Of a stretch of DNA of 61,958 nt, positions 13,321 through 25,006 are shown piece by piece. Numbering within the stretch: the stretch's first letter is position 1; each line of letters begins with the position of its first letter. The position numbers and the translations under genes were made by a program. Below the pieces are notes generated by a model, which did not search any database, had not been told where the DNA came from, and worked only from the letters and a program-made list of their open reading frames with translations. This stretch comes from Girardia tigrina. Lineage: Eukaryota. The DNA is taken from positions 1 to 61,958 of the forward strand of contig MQRK01216696.1 in the NCBI GenBank assembly GCA_001938485.1, in the 5' to 3' direction.

Positions 13321-14199
13321 ATTTGTCGCCGAGCTTCGGCTGACTGGCATTGGAATTGAACAAAGTCTCTTTGATACGATGCTCGCATCGCTTTAACAAA
13401 AAATGAATGCGAATTGGCAAATCTTTTGATGTCTACGATGGCAAACAGTCTTTTCGAATACGGTCTAGTTTATTTTCGTACAAACTCATAAGATAGAATA
13501 TTTACCATTTTCGATTTCAAAATGAGTCGTAACTCTCAAATCTTTGAATCAATAAACTTTATTTTTAAAAAGTTGTGCAGTTTCCGCTTAACATATTTAA
13601 ATAAAAACTCAAAGAAAAGATCTTAATGCCATCAAACTTCTTTCACACCTAGAATATAATCTGGAACTTGTGCCATCCATCTATCACCTTTTCCTTTCAT
13701 GGTACACTTTTTTCAATAATCTGGGTGGCGTCTAATACGGGGATCTAGAATTTTTTGCCCCTGAAAACAAAGAATGGTAGCACATTGGGATTAAACAACT
13801 TGTTAAAGATGAATTCAAGCTATTGATTCAAGTGGTCTTTACTTTGGATCTTGTTTTTTTTGTTTTTGTAAAATTACTTTGAAATTTAAAAAAAATCCGA
13901 ACTTGTGGTTCATCTTAATATTTTTGAATAAAGGAGCGTTGAAAATATCTTTAGTATCATTACCTAAAAATATACATACCTTGTATATGTAAAATTTAAC
14001 GATAAAGCAGTTTAAATATTTTATGAAAAATATTAGAATTATGCTACTATCTTTATTTAAAAATACCATTTTTATCTAACAAGTTTAGTACACCATAGTA
14101 TAGCGCTGATATGTGTCACAGGTAATTACAAAAATATCATCATATCATGTTCTTTTTATTTAACGATAATTTTTTGAAACATAAATTTCTTTTCTTAAG

Positions 14200-14352
14200 G
14201 ATATTTTATCGTTGGAAGATATCGAAGAAAAACTGAAAAGTTATCTAACTGATTTAAATGTAAATTGCTTGATTATGTTGACTTGTGGCAAAGATGTTAT
14301 TCAGAGACGAGGATATGTTTTATTTTCTAAAGACTTAGAATTAGTAAATAAG
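14200..14352 (+). CDS. PRUNE2: PRUNE2-like exon (DHHA2)
   Basis: ag/gt boundaries. DILSLEDIEEKLKSYLTDLNVNCLIMLT...RGYVLFSKD. Phase 0-0. Confidence 0.85.
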
Positions 14353-14408
14353 GTGGACAAATAATTTTTAATTTCATGGTGTTATTTATTTCTTTACTCT
14401 AATTACAG

Positions 14409-14609
14409 TTGAGAAATTATTTTCTGTCAGAATGTGAACTAAAAGTTCAACAATTCATATCACGTCTCTCGCCAAATATTGTGGCTTTCACAGAAAATAA
14501 TTTAGCAACAACACGAAAAGTATTTATTCCAATCTTGGAAAACTATTTTGCCGAGGAATCAAGACTTCAATATCAATCAAATAATTGCAATATTAATGAA
14601 GACATATTT
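14409..14609 (+). CDS. PRUNE2: PRUNE2-like exon (DHHA2 end)
   Basis: Preceded by a 56-nt intron. NLATTRKVFIPIL matches PRUNE NTQVSRKKLLPLL. Donor at 14610, or read-through to a stop at 14621. Confidence 0.85.
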
Positions 14610-14859
14610 GTAATATTTTAATTTTTTATATGATATTTAATTATATTTTAAATATTATATAATTTAATTTATTTTTGTATTGAAATATATTTTTTATTTT
14701 CCTAAAGTTTTAAACTAATGATGTACTTTTAATTATCCTTTACTATCAAAATAGTTTTAATTTCTGAACATAGATATTTGTTATATGTTTTGTTATTTTT
14801 ATTTCAGGATTCATAATTGTTTATTTACAAAAAGTATTTTTTTAGTAATAATATTATAT

Positions 14860-15545
14860 GTACTCCAAAACTTCTAATAATCCCCCTGGGGGATTATTCT
14901 ATTTTTTTAAAAAAAGTTTGAAAAACAAGAACATGGGGAATTATTAGATATCTTTAAAAATCAAAAAATTTTTTATAAAATCAAATTCATTCATCAATTT
15001 CTGAATAGCTAGATTCCGAATAGTCCTCATCAACAAGAACTTGATGATTTATAGTGGCACAATATTTTGTTCTAAATTTGTTACCAAATGGCGCATCTTT
15101 GGCAAAGAGCAAGCTCATTTGTATTCGATGTTTGGTTCATCCCACATTGCCAGTTCTGCTTACCAAAAATGGCCCACTAGGCATTTGTATTCGATGTACA
15201 CCTCCAACAAAAATATTAAAGAGAGGCGCACTTCGAACCCATTTAAGCTTTGAGAATAAGTTGAGAGCATTTCGCCCCAATACTTCTAATCATTCACTTT
15301 ACCACGTTCATCTAAGAAACATGAATGAAAACTTTATAATCAGCTCTTTTGAAAGAGTATCCATAGCAATATTAACCCATTTTGAAATCAGCTCGCATGG
15401 CTTGGTTTAATAAGTCTATTAATAATTAAAAAAAATTCCGCGTATGGAATTATTAGAAATGGGTGATTATTCTGGAGAAAAAAATTGGTCAGAAAAAATA
15501 CGTGTACTGGGGGATTATTAGAAGATGGGGATTATTAGAAGGATT
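14860..15545. mobile_element. Degenerate TIR element
   Basis: CTTCTAATAATCCCC on the left and repeated GGGGATTATTAGAAG on the right form inverted subterminal repeats. Confidence 0.4.
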
Positions 15546-15583
15546 ATTAAATATATGTTAAATCGTATATATATATATATATA

Positions 15584-17118
15584 CAGTACGGATAAAATTA
15601 ACCGGGACAAGCCTAAAATTTCATTTTCCCCCCAACAAAAACATATTACAAATGAAATCCAAGCAAGCAGGTGTTTATTTTATAGGAAACTGGGACCCCA
15701 ACGACTGTTTAACAGTTTATGGATTCTTTCAGGCATATTTGAGCAGAATGACACGCACAGGTTATGAATGTCACTGTAATTGTACCAAAGGTGTTGAGCT
15801 TGCGCAATCAATTCTTCAACTGTGGAGTAGCTGCCAACCTTGTAAACTTTCCGTTTCAGCATGCCCCATACATTCTCATTGAGGCTAACATCCGGTGAGT
15901 TGGGCGCACAATCAAGGAGCTGGATGCCTTGCTGATGGAAGAAGGCCATGATTCGCTCTGCCTTGTGGCAAGGCACGTTATCCTGTTGAAACTCCCATGG
16001 GCTGTTGGGAAACCACGTGGCAACCTGCGGTAGGAAATATTGCTGCAGAAGGTTGACATACCTTTCAGCATTCAGAGTGCCTTGAACGGGGACGAGGCAG
16101 CCAGGCCTTTCGCAGATATGATTCCCCAAAACATCACCTTCCGGGCGAATGTGACGTTCCGGACAGTGTGGACCTCACGGATGCGGCAATCCTTTGAACG
16201 TCGAACGAATGGTTTTGCTTTGTGCCCCAATTCCACCGTCGTCTCGTCACTGAATATGACCTGTACAGTAAGGGTTGGGACCAGCAGTGACATGAGAATA
16301 AGGTAAGCAATGAAAATTAAATGAAATTTCGCTTACTTGACTCCAGTCATCCTCGTCTTACACCGCACGCACGTGAGCCCATTGGTGCCTATCTTTTTTG
16401 CGGTTGGTGTTAAGGAAGGGAATCCAAAGTGGTCGATAGGCATACAGGTCACATTTTCTTAGGAGTTGCTTCACTGTGTCGAGGCACACACTCGAGCCAA
16501 TGCTGCCAATGCTGATGCGCATTTCCTGAGCAGTCTTCGTTGGAAACTTCTTAGCTTCCCGAACGATAAGACTCTTAAAATGCCTGGTCAACTTCTCCTT
16601 CCTGCCGCAATGTCCCTTTCGTCCACTCTGCGCTTTCTGTAGAATTCCATCTCGTAATGATACGATTCACAGCACTCTTAGATAAATTCAAATCTGTAGC
16701 TATCTCGCGTTTCGTCTTACTGGTGTGCAAGTACAATGCAATCACTCGCTCTCGATCCCCTAATGTGGTATCACTCATTGTGCCTGGAGAACAGAATGAC
16801 AAATAATGGCTTTCTGAGAATTCTATTTATAGACTCCACATACCCAATAACAGACATAATGTACTGGCGTGTAGTGTGCATGTGTCATTACTTACAGTAT
16901 CCTTTGGCTTCTTTTTTAGGCTTTTTGTGTGTGCATGTGAGTTCATTTACTTGGCTTTGACTATTACTCGTGTGTGTGCATGTGCGTGTGAGAAAGAGCA
17001 ACACAGGTAGTAGAAACACATGTCATGTGCAGTGTGCTTTCCCTCTGTACAACAGGTGTGAACATGGTTTTGTGGAAAAAATGAAATTTTAGGCTTGTCC
17101 AGGTTAATTTTATCCGTA

Positions 17119-17121
<3 letters not shown>
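15584..17121 (-). mobile_element. Full-length Tc1-like element (DD34E), frameshifted, with an intron
   Basis: Approximately 44-bp TIRs CAGTACGGATAAAATTAACC.. in (TA)n. Motifs VIFSDE, FQQDNVPCH and PNSPDVSLNENVW. GTAAG..TACAG intron at 16336-16261. Confidence 0.93.
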
Positions 17122-17163
<42 letters not shown>

Positions 17164-17640
17164 CATATAACTCCTTTAACAATGACATTTTTAATAAATA
17201 ATAAATCATATCAACATTTCGATCAATAAACCTCATGTAAAATTCCCTCAAACATCTTTTCTTTTTTTTAAACCAGGTTAATAAAAATTAGTATTACAAT
17301 TAGTATTAGTATTTGAGCTTCAAATCGGAGAATTCTTAAATTCTGGAAAGATTATTTTTTAGCAGTAAAATCATTTTTATTGTAGTATTTACTTTTTCTA
17401 TCCAAAAAAATATACGACTGAACAGATAGATGTATCTCGGGTTCCGTATTGTTAAGTGATATTAAATCGATATTGCTTTTTCAAAATTTATTGATTTCTC
17501 AAAAGCTTTACATTGAGAATCATTCAAATTTTGATCTATCCGTCACTGACGATTAGATTTTAAGATTTTTCAACAATTCATTTAATCAGACTATTTCAGG
17601 TTTTATAATACTAATGAAATATAGATATTTAACATTGGAC

Positions 17641-19028
17641 ATATAAAAATTTAAAAATATTTTTAATATAATTTATTTATTTATTCTTATATAAACATAT
17701 TTTTGTCTATAGTTATAACAGGTTTTTGACACATTCATAAAATAGTAGTAAAATCAGTTATTTGAGCAATAGTTAACGTTTTATAATACCAATAAAATCA
17801 ACAAAAAATTATTATATCTATCAAAATTAAATTAAGGTCTCTGCACCGTAAGAGGAATTATTTTATCAAGACATTTTAATATCTCTCTATACAGAAACGT
17901 TTTTTGCACGTATAGTCTTGTCAGTTGGTGTTTAATATAAATGTTTTATGCAGAATATTAACGACAATTTTCAAAGAAAATTTCCGAATAACTTCCCTCT
18001 ATATTTTTCATGCTTTCATTCTTATATTAACATGCGCGACCTAGATATCTCACTTTAGATGGTTGAGCAAAAAATGTTGAAGTAAGATTTACTATGTATG
18101 GTAGATGATCAACACTAGAAACCTAGAGGTTGCAACTGCATTTTGGTTTTCGGTGGTATCTTTGAAAAGAAGATATTTTTAGATACCTACTGTCGAANNG
18201 TNNNTNNCNNCNGNAATNNNNTNAATTTATCNATCNNAAATCATTTCGGTAAANTATCAANTNNNTGATCATNNNTAANANANTATATATCATNTGNCNG
18301 ATCGTTTNTTGTATANNNTGNTNCANANNNTNNATNNANNNTNTGNANCANNNTATACAANAAACGATCNGNCANATGATATATANTNTNTTANNNATGA
18401 TCANNNANTTGATANTTTACCGAAATGATTTNNGATNGATAAATTNANNNNATTNCNGNNGNNANNNACNNTTCGACAGTAGGTATCTAAAAATATCTTC
18501 TTTTCAAAGATACCACCGAAAACCAAAATGCAGTTGCAACCTCTAGGTTTCTAGTGTTGATCATCTACCATACATAGTAAATCTTACTTCAACATTTTTT
18601 GCTCAACCATCTAAAGTGAGATATCTAGGTCGCGCATGTTAATATAAGAATGAAAGCATGAAAAATATAGAGGGAAGTTATTCGGAAATTTTCTTTGAAA
18701 ATTGTCGTTAATATTCTGCATAAAACATTTATATTAAACACCAACTGACAAGACTATACGTGCAAAAAACGTTTCTGTATAGAGAGATATTAAAATGTCT
18801 TGATAAAATAATTCCTCTTACGGTGCAGAGACCTTAATTTAATTTTGATAGATATAATAATTTTTTGTTGATTTTATTGGTATTATAAAACGTTAACTAT
18901 TGCTCAAATAACTGATTTTACTACTATTTTATGAATGTGTCAAAAACCTGTTATAACTATAGACAAAAATATGTTTATATAAGAATAAATAAATAAATTA
19001 TATTAAAAATATTTTTAAACTTTTATAT
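17641..19028. repeat. 1.39-kb palindrome (foldback) with an ambiguous core
   Basis: Arms of about 555 bp are reverse complements (one mismatch seen near the outer end). The core 18198-18471 has mirror-symmetric Ns. Confidence 0.95.
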
Positions 19029-19086
19029 AGCATATTTGTCTTAAAAAATTCCAATAAATTTTTTAAATTTTAATGAGGTTTTTCCG

Positions 19087-19431
19087 TTATTTCCAAAGTA
19101 TGGTAAAAATCTTTGAATACCAAGTGGTCAGGAAGCCGTGTCTCCACGTTATTTTAGGAAGAGAGGTGGACAGAAAACGGTAATAATCGCCTTTCATTTT
19201 ATGAATTTCCTCTAGCGTCTCATCATCAATCTCCAAAGTCGTCACTCTTTCCTCTACATCACTCAAAGCCATATTTAAATGTGAATCAAAAGCATTTAAT
19301 TTGCCTCGTAATTCTCTATCGTTTTTTATTTTAACGTAAATTCGCTCATTTAAGCTCAATCGAATCAGATCGAGTGGCTCATCGATTACGGAAATGTCAG
19401 AATTTAAAACGTCGCCAGAAATCGGATCCAT
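19087..19431 (-). CDS. LSM3: LSm3-like Sm-fold protein; 3' end aberrant (pseudogene or consensus error possible)
   Basis: [62 protein letters not shown] is close to LSm3. Homology in this frame stops after IHK, and the Sm2 RGD is out of frame. Confidence 0.85.
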   Translation of the reverse strand: MDPISGDVLNSDISVIDEPLDLIRLSLNERIYVKIKNDRELRGKLNAFDSHLNMALSDVEERVTTLEIDDETLEEIHKMKGDYYRFLSTSLPKITWRHGFLTTWYSKIFTILWK

Positions 19432-19775
19432 TTAAATTTCGTTTATCAATTTATTCTTTTCTTTTTTTTTTAATTGAAAATTAAATCTTTTATTTTTTTT
19501 ATGAAACTTTTCCTTTTTAATTCAAAACTCAAAAAAAGAAACGATTTGCCACTGAAAAATTCAAAACACTTTCAAAAATTGGTATTGAAAAAATTGGCAT
19601 AAGACAAATTGAAAATTGTTAATTGTGATTATAATTCACAAATTAACACACATAGCACACACACTTAATTAACACACATACTTAAACCAATCACATTCCA
19701 CATTAAACAAAACATGCATACACACTTACATGCAATCCCAAGGTTCATTCAATCAAATTACATTACATAATAACT

Positions 19776-19875
19776 TACTTACCAGGCAGACATTAACCGC
19801 AATCAGAACAAAACAAAAATGAGGCTCACCATTCATAATTTACATTTTAGATTCGACTTCATTCGCATAAAAATA
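19776..19875 (+). ncRNA. Degenerate U1 snRNA-like sequence
   Basis: TACTTACCAGGC..TTAACCGCAATCAGAA..TGAGGCTCACCATTCA follows the order of U1 motifs (ACUUACCUGGC, AACCGUGAUCACGAA, GAGGCU, CCAUUGCA). The 3' strand of stem I and a clean Sm site are missing. Confidence 0.5.
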
Positions 19876-21127
19876 AAACTATAATTCGTTGAAATTGCTT
19901 GTAAATTCAATCGAAACTATTTTATCAAATGAAGAATTGTTTACTTTATTTTTCGACTTAATCATTTATTTAAATTATTTATTTTATTTATTAATTTTTA
20001 TTTAATTTAATTTCTTTTATTTAATTGGTTAATTTATTAATTTAATTATTTAATTATATATTTTATTTATCAATTCCTAAAAATGGAAAAAATGTTCGGT
20101 CAAATCGGCAATTCTCCGCTCCACCAAGTATAAAATATAACTATATCATAATAACTATAACTATATCATATGGTTGGCCATAGTCATTTGATCTAATCAT
20201 AACACATAAATTACGGTTTGTCTGAAACTGATCGAAATAAAGGATTTTTAGCACATTTTGAGAAGGGTTCACTGAATAAATTTCCTTTTTTAGTTGTTGT
20301 TTTTAACTTTAAAAAATATTAATATAATATATTAAATTAAAAGTATCTACTAAAAATCCACTTTGAGCATTTCTTTAAAAGTCGTAAAGTAAAATGTAAA
20401 ATGAATTATGCTTCCCTATGTAAAATTCTGCTATTATTTTTTTCGATGTTTTTTGTCAAATTGTATCTGAAGCAATGCTGTATTGAGATACAGAATCAAA
20501 AGAAGTCATTCATCAAGTGATGGAAAATCCGAAAATCCATATTAATTATAACTATTAAAATTTTAAATATTAAGAAAATAAATAATTAAGCTGTGAGTTC
20601 TGGATAAAAGTCAGTAACTTCTATAGAATTGTTTTTCATATTAATTATGACATTTATTATGTGTTAACCTTTGATCTTATTATAGCTTATTTAAGATTAA
20701 TGTACGATTTATATTCCGATGATCATTTGACTTTGCAATAATAGTCTTAGAAAAATTTAAATAAACACTTCTAAAATATTACGTTATCAGATCTTGACAT
20801 TTATTTACAGTTACATAAAATATGTTTTAAATGGTTAATTTATGATCTAAATCATTTTTTTAGATTTTGTATAAAAATTCTTATGTATTTCTTGTTTTTT
20901 GATTTGAATTCTAAATTGTTAATAAATTGTATTAAAATGATTGTAAGGATTTTTCAAATTTCATTTTTAAACATGTTTCAAAGTTTCACTCCTTCATCAG
21001 TAATAATAATTTTATATTTGTTAGTTTTAATGCATTGATGTTTTTAGTTTTTTAATAATTTAAGATATTATTGGATAATAATGGCGAAATATTTTTATAT
21101 TTAATTTAACATTTTAAGATTTTAAAG

Positions 21128-21221
21128 GGATTTACTTGCTCCAAACTCATCCCTTGAAACAGTAGAAAATTTCTTTTACAATATAACCAATGATCAAGAA
21201 CCATACTCGATCGACTCAATT
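21128..21221 (+). CDS. PRUNE2: Probable PRUNE2-like linker exon
   Basis: aag/gtaaat boundaries. Open frame DLLAPNSSLETVENFFYNITNDQEPYSIDSI ends in phase 0, matching the next exon. The upstream link needs a small exon, perhaps 20948-20982. Confidence 0.5.
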
Positions 21222-21458
21222 GTAAATGCTCACAAATCCTGGTTTTGAGATGACAATTTGTGTGTGTGTATTATGTATATTATTGAGTCTTGAGAACATT
21301 AATTTGATATTTTTGAAAAATAATTTATTTTAAGCTTTTTAAAGAAATTGATTATTGAACATATTTTGAAGTTTCATACATTATCATCAATAATAACTTA
21401 ATTTGCAAAATATTTTAATGTTATTGAATCCTTATTCAAATATTTTACTAATTACTAA

Positions 21459-24397
21459 TGTGAAATAATTAACAGTAACTATGTCAGTGTTATAAATTAA
21501 GTTAGGGTTGTTTTAACGAAGTGTGTAAATCGACAGATTTGAATTATTTAGGATTACCGGCTCGAGAACTTGGTTTTATTAATCTCGATATCTCCCAAGA
21601 TATCGTGGCTCTAAGAAGACGTTAAAGATAGTGCCGGCCTTCGATAGGCGAAAAATGTATCCTTATGGCTTGAGCTCCTCAATGCTCTGCGAGGACAAGC
21701 AGACGATGTTGCTGCTGGCGCTATCTGGAGAAGCAACAGTTATGTTCTGGAAACTGATCGAAACGTCGATGAAGGATTTCGAGAAGAGTGCAACGGCGTT
21801 CATCGAGGCTTTCGCATCAATTCCTTGATTGTCGTGGACGAGGTTCGTCTCACTATGCCTAGAAATCGGCGAGAGCGTTCACTACTTTATGGTTGATTTG
21901 AAGCGATTAGTCATGGTTATTTGAGGAGGTGCCGGCGGCTGTGATGTCTTTGGGACCCATACTTTTATAAGCGGGCTGCCCGAAGCGGCCATAAGGAGCG
22001 TGGAAGCCGAGGTGCAAGATTTGGATTGGCTGGTTCAGTTGTACCACGTGCATGTTGAGGTTGCACACACATTCACCCAGGATGTTGTGGCCATGGCCCA
22101 GCCGGCCCGAAATTTAGCGTCGATCAGTAGGTTAAAATGCTTCTGTTGCAGAAAGAGTGGGCACGTCGCACGTGAGCGCGCGACCGAGAGACACTGCCAT
22201 CGGGCAATGACAGACCAAGCAGGATCAAGGGGTCAGCAATGCTTCAGTTGCAGCGGTGCGGGTCACATTGCGAAAGAATATCGTTGAGTGGATCAAAAAC
22301 CGGCGGATAACGGACAACTGTCTCACACTGCTGCGCAGATGGAGGGCCTGGACATAGTGACGCGCGACTAACAATCACCCCGGCAATCGTATGTGAGAAG
22401 GCGGGGATAGCGGTAGTTAACACGGTCCGTTCGACCACAGTGGTTAAAGAAGTGTTGGTTCCACCGTCCAAATTTATTCGTGTAAGGGAGTCGGTGCAGT
22501 TGATGGACGACTCGGAGGCGAGCATAAAATTCAGAGCGTCAATATCGATCGAGTGTGGTCGGAGACGAATCGAATGCAACGTATTGGTAGTGCCAAAAGT
22601 TATAGCGTCGAGGGTCGAGGTGCTTCTAGGAATGGACGTCATCAGGTAGTTCGGGAGCGTATGGGGATCAGAAGTGGCGATGGGGTCACGACGAGACAAC
22701 ATTTAATTGCATTGTTGGAAGATGAAGACTTCTCAGCTGAATTCGATGGCAAATTATGGACCGTGGCATGGAAGTAGAAATCTGGCAAGGAGCCACCAGA
22801 ACCGATAAAAAAGGTTGCCGAACCCGATGACCGGTAGATGGGACGTAGTGGATTGTAGACGGGGACGAGTGTGGTGCGATGCGAGCTCTATCGCAACGGG
22901 CATCTCTGTAGAAATCGGGGAGAGGTGGTCGAGAACGCGTCTTAGTAGCGCAAGGAAGACGATATAGCTTACATAGATCTGGCATAGTTTGAGGCAGCTA
23001 ATGAAGCTATGAAGGCGACAGTGGAATGAGTACTAAACAAATTCGAGAATATGACCGATCTGCCACAGTATTCCGATTATGATAAATACGTTGAAGGGCG
23101 ATAGATCGGTCCATTCCAGGGGATCAGTGAGCTGCTGATGAAACAACGGATAAGCATCATACGGAAAACTTTTGAGTGGGACGAATGAAGTTTCTGGCGA
23201 GGAAGCTCTGGGGTCCTGGTCGAGTGTCAGAGAATCAAATCAAAGTAGTAGTGAATGAATGTCCTCGGTTTGCGTCAAGCAATCCCGCAGCTGTGAAATG
23301 GGAGAAGGGCGAGCTGGGCGTAAAAGGAACATGACAAAGTCACGCGATGGATGTAACGAACACTACCGAGGGGAAGTTCATAATGTTGGTGAACTGTGGA
23401 CCAGAATGGTTCTCAGTGTGGAGAAGAATCGGATCTGAAAGTGAAGAGGGGCTGTGCACCGATCTCAAGGCGGTGTTTAACGAATTCGGGCCTCCAAAAG
23501 AGCTGTTAGTGGACAATTTCGCAACCAATCGGAGAGCAACGATTCGGAAACTGTTGGCAGGAACGGTCGTCAAGATCCTCTACTGTTGCGCAAACCAACC
23601 TAGCGGAAACGGGATCGCTGAGCACTGTCATCAGACGATCAAGCGCATGGCAGCGAGGAGCAGGAGGTCAACCGAGAACATGCTCGCGTGGTACCACGCC
23701 AATCCGAATTCAGTCGGCATAATTCCGGCATCGACTGTCTTCGCGGAGCAGAGGCGGCTGCCGTTGCTTAAAGATTTTGCGGGTCAAGGTCCGAAGATAA
23801 TACAGGTTAGAGACAATTCAGAGATAGGAGTAGGTGACGTGATGTATGTGAAGCTAGCGAACCCAAGATGTACAAACCAGTGGTGAAGAGCGGTGGTGGG
23901 TGAGGTCCGACCTCACAATCAGGTGGTGATCGACGGGATTCCATTCCACGTGTCGCACGTCAGACGCGCTTCCTAGAGCTGCGATTCGTCTGCCGATGAA
24001 GGATCCAAGGACCCGATTGCAAATCTTGGATGCCTAAGGATGAGGTCGATAGTGACAGTTCTGACGGTTCAGACCGGGGCATGACAGAAGATGTTTTGGA
24101 GAGCGATCAGAGTCAAATGAGCGAAGGGACAGCACGGTGTCCGCGATGTGTGATCGTTCAACCAGCGCATTTCAAGGACTTTTTTGCACAGCACTGTATA
24201 GATCAGAGAAAGACGTACCCCTGTGCACGAGTGGTGTGTTCATATGTGCTTTAAGGACAAGGGGGAGTGTTAAAGGAATTAACAGTTATATATCAGAGTT
24301 ATAACTTAAATTAGGTTTGTTTTAACGAAGTGTGTAAATCGACAGATTTGAAGATTACCGGCTCGTGAACATGATTTTATTTATCCGATGTCGCACA
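21459..24397 (+). mobile_element. Gypsy-like LTR retrotransposon A, RT largely deleted
   Basis: LTRs 21459-21597 and 24268-24397 (TG..CA), TSD ACTAA and PPT AAGGGGGAG. Gag Zn knuckles, protease LLGMD and an integrase core at 23347-23886. Confidence 0.92.
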
Positions 24398-25006
24398 ACT
24401 AATCCATTAATCAAGCTTCAATATGGGCAAAATAAGACTGTTTAAATTTATAAAATCTTTAAATAAATCTTTTATTATTAATTTTCAATGATATCTTCAA
24501 TGTTAAACATTCAAAATTTTCAACAATCATCACAACAAAATCTAATGGTGAGGTTTAAAATGATAATCATTCTGAAGATATAAACGAGCTATTGAAAACG
24601 TATTGAACTGGCATTAATAAAAACAACTTTATTGGTATGGAAAATCTGAGGAGACTGAAGTAATGTTGATTAATCTCCTTATAATTATAAATATAATAAT
24701 AATAAATATAATGTCGAACAATAAGAAAAACCTAATCGTCCAATCCAGAATTAAAAATTTAAATATCTAATGTATATAAAAGCATTGAATGTATATTAAA
24801 ATTTGTCTAGCTGTCCAAATTATTTGAATTATATTCAGATCGAGGAAACCCAAATAACAACCTTACAAAATATGAAAATGAATATAAAAAAATCAAAAAT
24901 TCTAACAAAAAATTTCTGATTTTTTAAAGCTTATAAAATATATTTGAAAAATCTTCAGAAATTTTCAAGCATTCAATATTTTTTTAGAAATTATATAATC
25001 TTTTTA

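Noticed and set aside
17470-17540. Minus-strand NLNDSQCKAF resembling an SF1 helicase Q motif
   Set aside because: No Walker A motif follows and the frame closes.
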